Assembly (NCBI GenBank): GCA_951406725.2
Contig: OX597817.1
Span: 50,096,001 to 50,160,000 of the forward strand
Direction of reading: 5' to 3'
Source: Octopus vulgaris
Taxonomy: Eukaryota
Length of the DNA stretch: 64,000 nucleotides
The notes beneath the pieces were generated by a model. It had not been told where the DNA came from, made no database searches, and saw nothing but the letters and a program-made list of their open reading frames with translations. Positions 35,766 to 48,824 of the stretch are shown in pieces. The number at the start of each line of letters is the position of its first letter. Position 1 is the stretch's first letter. Made by a program: the position numbers and the translations under genes.

Positions 35766-37036
35766 CGAGGGACGTTCAATAAGTAATGCCTCTGACCTAC
35801 TTGAAATTTTGCATGTGCAATCATTTATATCTCTATAGAGTAAGTGGCAAATTACAGCTCTGAATTAATTGTGGTTTCTGATTTACAGGTGTTTGAACCG
35901 AGTCAAGTGTGAAATGGAGCCTGTTGAGTGTCGAGCAGTGATCCGGTTTTTGTATTTGAAAGGACGCACACCACGGGAGACTTTTGATGAAATGAAAGTA
36001 ACTTATGGTGATGATGCCCCATCATATGACCTTGTAAAACGCTGGCATCGTGAATTCAAACATGGTCGGAACTCTGTGGAAACATCTCCCAAATCTGGTC
36101 GCCCCTTCTGCCATTGATGAGGCATCTGTCCGTCAAGTTGAGGCTGCCATTTTGAAAGATCGACGCATAATTATTCGCCAAACAGCCCATGAGGTCAAGA
36201 TTAGTACCGGGTCTGTGGAAACTATCATTCATGACCATTTGCATATGCAAAAGGTCTCTGCCAGATGGATTCCCAGGTTGCTCACGCCTTTCCAGAAGCA
36301 AGAACGCGTCGAGTGCTCGAGGGTGAATTTGGAGATGTGCCAAGAAGATGAGTCAACATTTTTCAAAAGACTGATTACACAGGATGAAACCTGGGTCCAT
36401 CACGATGATCCAGAGACCAAAGCCCAGTCAATGCAGTGGAAGCACCGTGACTCACCCCCTCCAAAGAAGGCAAGGGTGCAGCCCTCCGCTGGCAAGGTCA
36501 TGCTCACAGTCTTCTGGGACCAGGACGGAGTAGTGATGACAGATTTCCTGGCAAAGGGTACCACAACTGCAGGAGCCTATTATGCTTCACTTTTGAGGAA
36601 ATTAAGAGAAGTTATCAAAATCAAGAGGCGGGGCAAGATCAGCAAAGGCATCCTCCTCCTGCAGGACAACGCTCCGGTTCACAACTCGCTTGTCGCCAGA
36701 TCAGAAGCACAGGCGTATGGCTATGAACTCCTCCCCCATCCCCCCACTTTCCTGACCTTGCACCCTCTGATTTTAACCTCTTCCCAGTCATGAAGTTGTT
36801 TTTGAAAGGAAAGCGTTTCCCAGATGATGCAGCCTTGATTTCTGAAGTCACGTTCAGGTTGGAGGACCAAGCTGGGGTCTTCTACAAAAACGGTCTCCAG
36901 AGCTGCATCAAACAATGGGAGAAATGCGTAACTCTGGGTGGTTGCTATGTAGAAAAAGACTAATAACTGTGCCAAGTTTCGTTGCTCTACTGCTATGGGA
37001 AGTGGGTCAGAGGTATTACTTATTGAACGCCCCTCG
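35766..37036 (+). mobile_element. Mariner transposon (irritans-like), frameshifted transposase 35914-36963
   Basis: TIRs CGAGGGRCGTTCAATAAGTAAT, TA TSD; WIPRLL, DETW, QDNA, PDLAPSDF. Confidence 0.93.
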
Positions 37037-37068
37037 TATTTTCCTTACAGTGGTATGCGTCCGCTCCA

Positions 37069-37653
37069 AGGCGGCGAGCTGACAGAAACGTTAGTATGCC
37101 GGGCGAAATGCGTAGCCGTATTTCGTCTGCCGTTACGTTCTGGGTTCAAATTCCGTCGAGGTCGACTTTGCCTTTCATCCTTTCGGGGTCGATAAATTAA
37201 GTACCAGTTACGCACTGGGGTCGATTTAATCAATTTAATTATTTGTCCCCTCTGTGTTTAGCCCCTTGTATGTAGTAAAGAAATAGGTATTTCGTCTGTC
37301 TTTAAGTTCTGAGTTCAAATTTCGCCGAGGTCGACTTTGCCTTTCATCCTTTCGGGATCGATTAAATAAATACCAGTTACGCACTGGAGTCGATATAATC
37401 GACTTAATCCCTTTGTCTGTCCTTGTTTATCCCCTCTGTGTTTAGCACCTTGTGGGTAGTAAAGAAATAGGTATTTCGTCTGCCGCTACGTTCTGAGTTC
37501 AAATTCCGCCGAGGTCGACTTTGCCTTTCATCCTTTCGGGGTCGATAAATTAAGTACCAGTTACGCACTGGGGTCGATATAATCGACTTAATCCGTTTGT
37601 CTGTCCTTGTTTGTCCTCTCTGTGTTTAGCCCCTTGTGGGCAATATAGAAATA
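37069..37653 (+). mobile_element. SINE S2 trimer
   Basis: 17-bp TSD GGTATGCGTCCGCTCCA (37052-37068, 37654-37670); units 2 and 3 start at GGTATTTCG. Confidence 0.92.
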
Positions 37654-38028
37654 GGTATGCGTCCGCTCCAGCTGTTCGGCCTACAGGTTGGCCTCGATGG
37701 TTCATTATTCGACCGTCCTGAACGAATTTGTAGTGAAATATCCCCCCGTAATTCCACCAGACGGAAAGCACCACCTTGCGTTCGAAACGCCCGTGTTTGG
37801 CGACAGGTTACGGAAGCTGACTCTTGTTAACCACTGCTTATGCACGTTAGGATTGTAGGAAAATACTAGGTGCAGGCATGTTTGGATGGTTAAGATGCTC
37901 GTTTTGCAACCACATGGTTTCTGTTTCAAACCTGCTGGGCGGACCCTTCGACAAATGTTTTCTGTTCTAAACCCCGTGAGCGTATTTGGTGAACGGAATC
38001 TCTGTGGAAGCCAGTGTATGTATGTATT

Positions 38029-38096
<68 letters not shown>

Positions 38097-38302
38097 AATA
38101 TGCATATGTAGGTTGTAATTATTTCTAAAGATTATAAATAAAGGTATCTAAGCGATCCCACCATGCTTAAAATAGCAGTCGAAACCTGACTTTAAAACCA
38201 CATCATGTATTCAATACAGCACAAGGATAACTGCACTAGTCGTGAATATACGCGAATATATATGTATATACGCGTGCGTATACGTAAGTATTCGTATGTT
38301 TG

Positions 38303-38343
<41 letters not shown>

Positions 38344-38345
38344 AG

Positions 38346-38650
38346 AAGGTTGAAAAGGAACACACGAGTTGATACATAAGGAATAAAAAGTCAAGGTAGA
38401 AAATGCTAAAATAATTTTATAAAAAACATTCCAGTACCGGTTTCAGTCATTGAGACTTTTTCAACTGTAAGTATGGAAAACAATTAAATTTTGGAAAAAT
38501 TAAAAGAGAAGTTTTTTAAAAGAATATTTGCATAGTATTCAAATACAAGGGCCATTTTCCTTGTCTCTGCCTCTCTCTGTATCTTTTGTTTATTCTCTTT
38601 TAATTTTTCCAAAATTTTATTGTTTTCCATACTTACAGTTGAAAAAGTAT
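38346..38650 (-). mobile_element. Penelope-like end remnant with inverted duplication
   Basis: 38456-38510 is inverted at ~38593-38648; degenerate hammerhead-like CAG-TTGAAAA-AGTC TCAAT GACT-GAAACCGGTA-CTG. Confidence 0.55.
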
Positions 38651-38677
38651 CAATATAAACATATATATATATATATA

Positions 38678-39965
38678 CAGGGGTTGGACAAAATAATGAA
38701 AACACCTTAAAATTTCAAACAAATTTATTTTAATATGGGGTAGGACCACCTTTGGCAGTACTTGCAGCTTGAATTCTACGAGGTATGGACTCATACAAAA
38801 TTTGAATTGTTTTCAAAGGAATTTTTGTCCATTCTTCAGCTAAAACAGTCTCCAGTTCTTGTAGTGATGATGGCGGAGGATATCGACTCCTTCATTGTTT
38901 TTCTAAAATGCACCTTAAATATTCAATAATAGTGAGATCTGGGGACTGTGGTGGCCAGATAGGATGTTCAACTTCACTAGCTGTTCCTCGTGCCATTCAG
39001 TAACAACTTTAACTGTGTGAATTGGTGCATTATCATCGTGAAAGATCCGTTTCCCTCCGGAAACAGTTCCGCTGCCATAGGATGAATTTGATCAGATAAA
39101 ATGCTTAAATAATCTTGACTATTAATTCTGCTATGAAGGGAAACCATTGGGCCGGCGGATTTCCAAGATATAGCCGCCCCCCACCACCACCAGATCATCA
39201 CAGATTCCCCTCTATGTTTAACAGTTGGAAGAAGGCAGTCTGGGTCAAATGCTTCTTTTGGCTGTCTCCACACATATACTCGGCCGGTGGACGGAAATAA
39301 GGTAACGGATGACCCGTCCGAGAAAATAACATTCTCCCACTGCTCTAGGAACCAATTCAGTAGATTTTTACTCTACTCTAAATGCTTTGCAACGTTTGTT
39401 TTTGAATTTGGAGGTTTTCTGACTGCAGCTCTCCCCTGAAATCCGGCTTTGTGCAGCTTTTGGCGAACAGCTTTTGTGGAAACTGGGTTTTCGAGGTGGT
39501 CATTAAGCTCTGCAGTAATTTTTGGAGCTGTACTTTTGTGACCCTTTCTAACAATTCGCGTAAGAGTCCGATGATATTTATCTGATAGTTTTGGTTTTCT
39601 TCCGGAGTTTTGTTTCGACGAGGAGGTCTTTTTCCTTCTTTCTCAAAGGCTGTCATTACTTTCGAGACAGTACTTCTTGATACACCAAACATTTCGGCTG
39701 TTTTCTTTACGCTAGCGCCTGTCATACGAGCACCGACAATTTGACCTCTTTGAAAGTCCGAGAGATCTATCATCTTAATGCATATTAATTAACTTTTTCT
39801 GATGACATCTGAAAAGAAACAGCAATTTCAGCAAAGCATATTAAGTAACACTAATAATAAATAAAAATAAAGAACATAAAAATAAACAAGCTTTTGGCAG
39901 TTTTATAGATATTTTGAAAATTATGTTATGATGCTAGGTGTTTCCATTATTTTGTCCAACCCCTG
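38678..39965 (-). mobile_element. Tc1-like transposon, decayed
   Basis: TIR CAGGGGTTGGACAAAATAATG at both ends, TA TSD; DLSDFQRGQIVGAR, PTVKH...VMIW, WPPQSPDL. Confidence 0.92.
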
Positions 39966-40126
39966 TATATACGACGGGATTCCTTCAGTTTCCGTCAACG
40001 AAATCCACTCACAAGGCTTTGGTCAGCCCGAGGATATAGCAGAAGACACTTGCCGAAGGTGTCACGCAGTGGGACAGAACTCGGAAGCACGTGGTTGAGA
40101 AGCAATCCTCTGACCATGCAGCCACA
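39966..40126 (-). mobile_element. SINE S1 5' half
   Basis: S1 head up to the (TA)n in which the Tc1 sits. Confidence 0.75.
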
Positions 40127-40914
40127 TATTTTTAGTGCAAATATAAATACTGTCTCAGACGTCTTGATGCGGTTTATAAATCTTATTATCACCAAGTTTC
40201 ATTATACAATTCTCGGCGTCTAACACTTGTTTGAAGTTTCCATTTACGTATGTAACATTAAAGAAATACATCAATAATTTATGTTACTTTTCTCGTTTGG
40301 CTTTGAGATATATATAACTGATGTAAGTATAACTCTTATCTCCCCAAGTATACCGCTTATAATTATATCATCCATATTGGATTATTGATGAGCCTAGTCT
40401 GCTACACAAAAGTATTTATACATAGGAATGCCAACATGAATACATTATGCTGCGTTACATAACGTTAGCTTCTTTCTGTCATTAATAGAAATTGGATTCC
40501 AAATATCATTTCAGTGTTTTAAGGAAACTAGTGGATCGTGTACACTGAATATTATTATTTAGTAAAGACAGAAACTGTGCGCATTATTAATTACGAGGCC
40601 TCTAGGCCTTGAAGGTGAAAAGGTGGTAGGAACGTATCATCAGACTGAAGACCTGGTTTGAAATATTTTAACAGGGTGACTTCTGCTGAAGAAATCTATG
40701 ATCAGGACAAGGGACGCAGGGAGTGCAAGCACACGCACTAATTTTTTTTTTTTTTTTTTTTTTTGCTGTGGTGGGTAATGAAAACGCTTTGAGCATCCTT
40801 CTGAAAAAGAAACATCGCCAAAACGAACGAGTGTAGAAACACTTTTGAATCGATTTGGAACATTACTTATCCCCCTCACGGATCTATCTGATTTGAGTGA
40901 TGCGTAAACATAAT

Positions 40915-41558
40915 AATCCTTTCTACTAGAGGCACAAGGCCTGGAATGTTGGGGGTAGGGTGGACCAGTCGATTAGATCGAATCCAATACGAAACTAGTA
41001 CTTAATTTATGAACCCCGAAAGAATGAAAGGCAAAGTCGACCTCGGCGGAATTTGAACTCAAAACGTAACGGCAGACGAAATACCTATTTCTTTACTTCC
41101 CACAAGGGGCTAAACACAGAGGAGACAAACAAGGACAGACAGACGGATTAAGTCGATTATATCGACCCCAGTGCGTAACTGGTACTTATTTAAATCGACC
41201 CTGAAAGGATGAAAGGCAAAGTCGACCTCGGCTGAATTTGAACCCAGAACGTAACGGAAGACGAAATACTGCTAAGCATTTCGCCCGGCGTGCTAACGTT
41301 TCTGCCAGCTCGCCGCCTTTGCGCAGATGTAATAATGATAATTATTCTATTCTACTCTAGACCCAAGGCCCGAAATTTGGGTGGGGTACAATCGACTAGA
41401 TCGACGCCAGTACGCAAATTGTACTTAATTTATCGACCCCGAAATGATGAAATACAAATTCAACCTCGGCGGAATTTGAACCCAGAACGTAATGGCAGAC
41501 GAAATACGGCTACGCATTTCGACCGGCTTGCTAACGTTTCTGCCAGCTCGCCGCCTTC
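40915..41558 (-). mobile_element. S2-head SINE cluster with two different 3' tails
   Basis: Tail GGCCTTGTGCCTCTAGTAGAAAAG-type (40915, 41345) and Tx1-like tail (~41087). Confidence 0.85.
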
Positions 41559-43129
41559 TGGTTCGTAAATACTAATGACTTGTAGGGAAGCAGTATTTCG
41601 TTATACGATAGTGACACTCTAATAAATATATTAAATTTTCTATATAAGTCAATACCTTGTTCTATTCTGTTTGCAATGCGCCTTACATTACTTCTTAAGG
41701 TTGTCTTGTGCAGATATTCTAAGTAATTAAAGCCAGCATTGATTTTTATTTCGACGTTTTTCCTTCTTGTTGTCTTTGTGTGTGGGTGTTACATTATAAA
41801 CTCTTCCGGCAATGAAATTTGAATAACATTACAACTCGTCAAAAACAAAATTATTCGAGTAAGTTAACATCTCATTCTTGCCTGACACATTGCCGGTAAG
41901 TATAATTAATCATCCATTTAGAATATGAACAATTCAAAGCAATACGAAGAGGTATCTAATATTATCAATTATATTAGGTTGAAGTAGTTTGACTGGTGAT
42001 TAATTTTTAATTAATTGTACATGATTCCACTTGGCTTACTGCCTGTCATATTGAGAGGTTTCACAAATGTTTTCAACATTTCTTCGAGTTCAGTTTAGAT
42101 AATATTAATATTATTTATCAACTCCAAATTTCCATTTTATCATCAAATCTGAGCTGTATGACAGATTTTACTTGATTAGTTGCGGAGAATATTTCAATTT
42201 CGTGTTATCCCGGCTTTGCAATATCATCGGAATATATTGTTAGTAATGTCGGGAGGAGCTAAGCTAGGCTTTGGCAGCAAATGCTACACACACATTAATT
42301 TAAAATAATTACTATGAATTACATTGTTCTCTCCACTAACTAATCAACTATCTTCCCGTTACTGAATTTAATTTAGAGCCATGGAAACAGAATAATATCT
42401 GTGTGTTTCTTTAACTCTTACCTTAAATCCATTGCACAACCGCTTCAAGATACGTATGTCTTGTTTATTCATTTCTCAAGCAGTCTGAGAAGAAGAATAG
42501 TTTATGCTATTTCTTATTGTTTTCTTTCAAATTTTGTTGATAATATATGGTTGCTAAAACAACAACAGCAATGATATTAATAGCAATAATAATGATAATG
42601 ATTCTGTTGTGTCTGGGGAGAGTCATTTTCTTTTACTGCCTTATAATAATCAACAACACACCGGTAAAATTTCCACTCATTTACTTATTTATTTTCCTAA
42701 AATTTTCGTTGCGTCTTGCAATCTTTTCAATAGTTGTTGACTCTTTCTGTTATTCACACTGCGTTCTGTTATGTATGTATGTATGTGCATGAGTATATGT
42801 ATGTATGTGTGTACTTTTATACATTTGTATGTATGTATTCTGCATATTCATGTGTTTGTGTGTCCGTGTTTTATCATAATAGATTTAAATTTTGATTCAA
42901 GGCCAGGAATATTTTTAGGGAAGTAGTAAAGTCGATTATATCAATCCCAGTGTCGAACTGGTTCAAATGGTGCTTATTTTATCAACCCTGAAAGGATGAA
43001 AAATGGTGAATCAACTGGAATTTGTATGGGGAAAATTTTGTGTGAACACTTTTAGTAAAAGCCTTGTTTAAGAATGAGTGCGAGGGAAATTTCTGAAAAG
43101 GTATTAGCACATATGTATTGGCATCAAGA

Positions 43130-43263
43130 CAGCTTACCAACCACATGGTTCTGGATTCATTCCCACTGCGTGGCACCTTGGGCAGGTGTCTTCTACTATA
43201 GGCTCGGGCCGACCAAAGCCTTGTGAGTAGATTTGGTAGACGGAAACTGAAAGAAACCCGCCG

Positions 43264-43318
<55 letters not shown>

Positions 43319-43520
43319 CTGTGTTTATCCCCCAACATCGCTTGACAACCGATGCTGGTGTGTTTACGTCCCCGTCACTTAGCGGTTCGGCAAGAGACAC
43401 CGATAGAATAAGTATTAGGCTTACAAAGAATAAGTCCTGGGTTTCGATTTGCTCGACTGAAGGCGGTGCTCCAGCAAGGCCGCAGTCAAATGACTGAAAC
43501 AAATAAAAGAATAAAAGAAT
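43130..43520 (+). mobile_element. SINE S1
   Basis: Match to S1. Confidence 0.85.
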
Positions 43521-44339
43521 GTGTGTGTGTATTTGTGTAAGTATTTAAATTTGTATTTGCATGTATATATGTATATGTGTTTGTATATGTGTGTGTATAT
43601 ACGTAGAAATATAACCTACAAAAGGCTTATATTTATAGTATTTTGCTTACGAATCACATTTATCTTAAGTATAAATATTCATATTGTTCATCTAGATAAA
43701 TTTTCTCCGTAGTTCAATATTTTTTCTGTTGTCATTCATAATCTCTTTATCCAATATATCTTGCTCTCGGCAATCTGTAACTGTAATTTGTAACTCAATA
43801 ATTCTATTATTTAATTTTTTTTCAATGCTAGATTATCAATTCTGATATGGCAGATAACACAAACGTGATTCATATGGAATGTATTATAAATAAATATAAT
43901 TCTTTAATAGTTTTTTATTATTATTATTTTCATCAACTCAATTGTATACAAAAGCTTTTCAGAAATTTGCACTCGCACATGAAAGAATTTATAAATTTCT
44001 TTGACACGGAATTGTTTTTTCATCAAAATGGTTTTTTCGCAAGAATTTCAGTTGATACCTGAAGAAGTATGATGTCTTTGTGAAAGAACTAGAAATAAAC
44101 AGGTACCAAGTGGTTAAAAAATGTCAGGATAAGGGCACACACGAATTATGATCTTGATGCAGCTTAACCCTCTTGCAATGTAAAAAGTTAAGAGCCAAAA
44201 CACTTTCTTTCAGAGCATTTCTTCTCTGAAGAACGGCTGTTCAGTTTTCTTGAGAGTTTCTTACCACTAAGAAGTCAAAACTGGAACAAACGAGTTTGCG
44301 GCAGTTTTGTTCCTTTCCTAAATTCACCTGCCACATTTG

Positions 44340-44751
44340 CACTCTTTTACTCTTTTACTTGTTTCAGTCATTCGACTGCGGCCATGCTGTAGCACCGCCT
44401 TTAGTCGAGTAAATCGACTCTTTGTGAGCCTAGTACTTATTCTATCAGTCTCTCTTGTCGAACCACTAGGTTACAGGGGCGTAAACACACCAGCATCGGT
44501 TGTCAAGCGATGTTGGGGTGACAAACACAGACACACAAACATACATACACACACACACATATCTATCTATATATATACATATATACACGACGGGCTTCTT
44601 TCAGTTTCCGTCTACCAAATCCACTCACAAGGTTTTGGTCGGCCCGAGGTTATAGAAGAAGACACTTGCCCAAGGTGCCACGCAGTGGGACTGAACCCAG
44701 AACCATGTGGTTCGTAAGCGAGCTACTTACCACACAGCCACTCCAACGCCT
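44340..44751 (-). mobile_element. SINE S1
   Basis: Match to S1. Confidence 0.85.
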
Positions 44752-45305
44752 ACACTGTTAATAAATCTGGAGCATCATCCCATAATGTAGCAACCATGAC
44801 ATCATGAATATTTTTGGGAGTCTAAAGCCCTTCTCTGCAGGTACTTGATAACGCCACGATGCTAAATTGTGTTCATTTTCAAAAGATGTCACTACAAGTT
44901 ACATTTGAAGTCGTCTTCTTTAAACACCCAGATGTCAGTTTACGTAAAAAGAAACAATGCAGATATCAATAAGAAGAACTGAAATCAAAGCATGCAAGAT
45001 TTCCCAGCTCTAGCATCACTCCGTCATAATTGGTCTATGAACTTTTGAGCCCACCCTCGTATATATGTATACACACGCGCACACACACACAGTGTACAGT
45101 TCCGTGATGGCAAAATCAACAAATAATGTACTTCATCAGGTGAGTGATAAATATTATTTGATAGAAACGGTAAGTTTTTACGTGCTACTATTAGTTTCAT
45201 GCGCTGAGAGCATACCAGGCAATATTTTTTAATACGTCTGGCATACTCTCGGCATGTGAAACTAATAGTACCACATAAAAGCATATATTGTGTCTACTAT
45301 ATATA

Positions 45306-47838
45306 TTAGGTTGTTTCACATGAAATGTTGGATTTTTAATTACTTGTTATTTCAGTCATTTAAAAACTCAATTATTATGTATACCTTGCATTTAATCTTG
45401 ACTCTTTTTCTTTCGCAACAATATTGGTATGCAAAATTCGTACCCACAGACCTTATGAAAATGATAACAACCAAACAATGTTGAGTGATTTTATTGCATG
45501 AGTACAATCTAGGTCACTCTGCCGCAGAATCTCTACGGAATATCAAGCGGGCCTTTGGTAATGGTTTTGTTGATATCAGAGTTGTTCAGTGATGGTTCCA
45601 AAACTCTCGTTCAGATGATAGCCTAGAAAATAAACCAACATCAGTTATTCGACATGATGAATTAAATACTTGGGTTGAACAAAATCCGAGAACAAAGGTT
45701 CGAACGATTTCATCGGAACTTGAAACATCTCGCACAACGGTTTTTGGACATCTGTAAGAAATTAGAAAACTCAAGAAACAGATAGATGTGTTCCACATCA
45801 ACTGAACGATATTTAAAAGAAAAAAACAGACGCCTTGAAGTGTTCTCCTTATTGCTTTCTCGACTGGAAAACGACCATTTTTGCATCAAATCGTTACTTG
45901 TGATGAGAAATGGATACTCTTTGACAACAGGAGAACAGGTCAGTGATTAGATGCCGGAGAGTCACCTAAACACTATCCAAACCCACCATTGCACCCTAAA
46001 ATGTTAGTGATCACTGTATGGTGGTCTGTGAAGGGATTTATTCATTATTCGTTTTTGTAACAAAGAAAAACAATAACAGCAACATCGTACGAGGGGCGTT
46101 CAATAAGTAATGCCCCTGACCCACTTCCCATAGCAGTAGAGCAACGACATTTGGCACTGTTATTAGTCTTTTTCTACATAGGAACCACCCAGAGTTACGC
46201 ATTTCTCCCATTGTTTGATGCAGCTCTGGAGACCGTTTTTATAGAAGACCCCAGCTTGGTCCTCCCAACCTGAACGCGACTTCAGAAATCAAGGCTGCAT
46301 CATCTGGGAAACGCTTTCCTTTCAAAAACAACTTCATGACTGGGAAGAGGTTAAAATCAGAGGGTGCAAGGTCAGGAAAGTAGGGGGATGGGGAGGAGTT
46401 CATAGCCAAACGCCTGTGCTTCTGATCTGGCGACAAGCGAGTTGTGGACCGGAGCGTTGTCCTGCAGGAGGAGGATGCCTTTGCTGATCTTGCCCCGCCT
46501 CTTGATTTTGATAACTTCTCTTAATTTCCTCAAAAGTGAAGCATAATAGGCTCCTGCAATTGTGGTACTCTTTGCCAGGAAATCTGTCATCACTACTCCG
46601 TCCTGGTCCCAGAAGACTGTGAGCATGACCTTGCCAGCGGAGGGCTGCACCCTTGCCTTCTTTGGAGGGGTGAGTCACGGTGCTTCCACTGCATTGACTG
46701 GGCTTGGTCTCTGGATCATCGTGATGGGCCCAGGTTTCATCCTGTGTAATCAGTCTTTTGAAAAATTTTGACTCATCTTCTTGGCACATCTCCAAATTCA
46801 CCCTCGAGCACTCGACGCGTTCTTGCTTCTGGAAAGGCGTGAGCAACCTGGGAATCCATCTGGCAGATACCTTTTGCATATGCAAATGGTCATGAATGAT
46901 AGTTTCCACAGACCCGGTACTAATCTTGACCTCATGGGCTATTTGGCGAATAGTTATGCGTCGATCTTCCAAAATGGCAGCCTCAACTTGACGGACAGAT
47001 GCCTCATCAATGGCAGAAGGGGCGACCAGATCTGGGAGCTGTTTCCACAGAGTTCCGACCATGTTTGAATTCACGATGCCAGCGTTTTACAAAGTCATAT
47101 GAAGGGGCATCATCACCATAAGTTACTTTCATTTCATCAGAAGTCTCCCGTCGTGTGCGTCCTTTCAAATACAAAAACCGGATCACTGCTCGACACTCAA
47201 CAGGCTCCATTTCACACTTGACTCGGTTCAAACACCTGTAAATCAGAAACCACAATTAATTCAGAGCTGTAATTTGCCACTTACTCTATAGAGATATAAA
47301 TAATTGCACATGCAAAATTTCAGCTAGATCAAACAACTGCAAGTGGGTCAGAGGCATTACTTATTGAACGTCCCTCGTATTGCCAGGAAATTGATTGTAT
47401 GCATGAGAATTTGAAAAAGAAGCAATCCATACTAATGAATAGAGATGGCCCAGTTTTGCTCCACGACAATGCATGTCCTCACACTCTTCAAGCTACAGTC
47501 TACAAGTTGCAAATCTGAATTATGAGATTTTGCAACATCCTCGCTTTTCCTCTGATATCTCTGCCACTGATCATCACTTATTTAAGCATTGTGAGCTTTT
47601 CATAAGCAATAAAACATTTTTAAATAGAGAAAAGGTAATTGAAGCATTCAGACAATTTGTCACAGCAAAAGATTAATTGCGTTTTCTTAAAAGAGGGAAT
47701 ATATTACAAAGAAACATTGGGCAAACGCCATAAATAAACATGGATCATACTTTGATGAAATAAATCGGTTCTCTAAAACACTTCTGAAACATTTTATTGC
47801 CACCTTTCAAATACGACATTTCATGTGAAACAACCTAA
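45306..47838 (+). mobile_element. Old full-length mariner (cecropia-like TIR), interrupted
   Basis: TIR TTAGGTTGTTTCACATGAAATGT at both ends, TA TSD; IVTCDEKWIL, TVWW, LLHDNA, HPRFSSDISATD. Confidence 0.88.
46090..47377 (-). mobile_element. Mariner transposon, near-identical to 35766-37036
   Basis: Same TIRs, TA TSD and transposase motifs. Confidence 0.93.
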
Positions 47839-47846
47839 TATATATA

Positions 47847-47855
47847 ATGACTGAA

Positions 47856-47917
<62 letters not shown>

Positions 47918-47918
47918 C

Positions 47919-47949
<31 letters not shown>

Positions 47950-48011
47950 CATACATACATGCATACATACATACATGTATGCATACATACATACATACAT
48001 ACATACATACA

Positions 48012-48078
<67 letters not shown>
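47847..48078. repeat. (TA)n/(CATA)n microsatellite
   Basis: Directly visible. Confidence 0.95.
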
Positions 48079-48083
<5 letters not shown>

Positions 48084-48745
48084 TGATAGTGTTCCAACTA
48101 GAATCACCTTGGTGACAGTTCTTCAGAAACAGATAAGATCTTGTGTTAAACAACAACGACTTTATCAGCGCATGGAGCTTATTTCTTTAATACTAGTTAC
48201 ATTATTTCATTTACTCTCTATACCTCTGTAGACATTCTTCAAAATAATTTCCAACTACATAGTAGTTTTTCTTTTTTTTCTCAGTGTTACGTTTTGACAA
48301 TTTGCTTGTTTAACACTAATAGAAATAATATCGCTTATTAAACCATCCGTTTATATTCTTATCAACACTTGCTACTAATATCATATATTTTTCTTGCTAT
48401 TTAACTATTTTCTACTATGTTGTTGTCACGCAGTGATTTGTAATTAGTTTCCCAGCTATAAAATGCAGAACAAAGCTAGAATTATGCAGCCATTGATATA
48501 CATTAATTGAAATACTTTTCTCCCTCCAAGCCAACACTATTCAGAAATTCCAAGTGTCCTTTTTTCTCTAAATTAATATTAGGAAAATTATAATGAAGTA
48601 TTTATTATTAGTATTTTCTAACTTTCTTTTTGAATCCATTCCATAAACACTCAAAGGCACGTCGAAATTATTAAACCGCTCTTCAAAGAATTTTGTTCTC
48701 ACAAATTCTATTTAAATTAAGTAAACCTTATGAAGTAGCAATAGC

Positions 48746-48824
<79 letters not shown>

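Larger units (their letters stand above)
35420..37830 (-). mobile_element. Old mariner remnant, interrupted by a young mariner and an S2 trimer
   Basis: Minus-strand peptides VLSVWWNYGG, EQLER...YPALVNRK, HDNARPHT, HPEYS. Confidence 0.7.

Noticed and set aside
45090-45145. CTGATGA-containing hammerhead candidates (also ~62490)
   Set aside because: No matching GAAA/stem III found.
35766-47377. 11.6-kb composite transposon bounded by the two mariners
   Set aside because: Each mariner interrupts a different host element that continues on both sides, indicating separate insertions.
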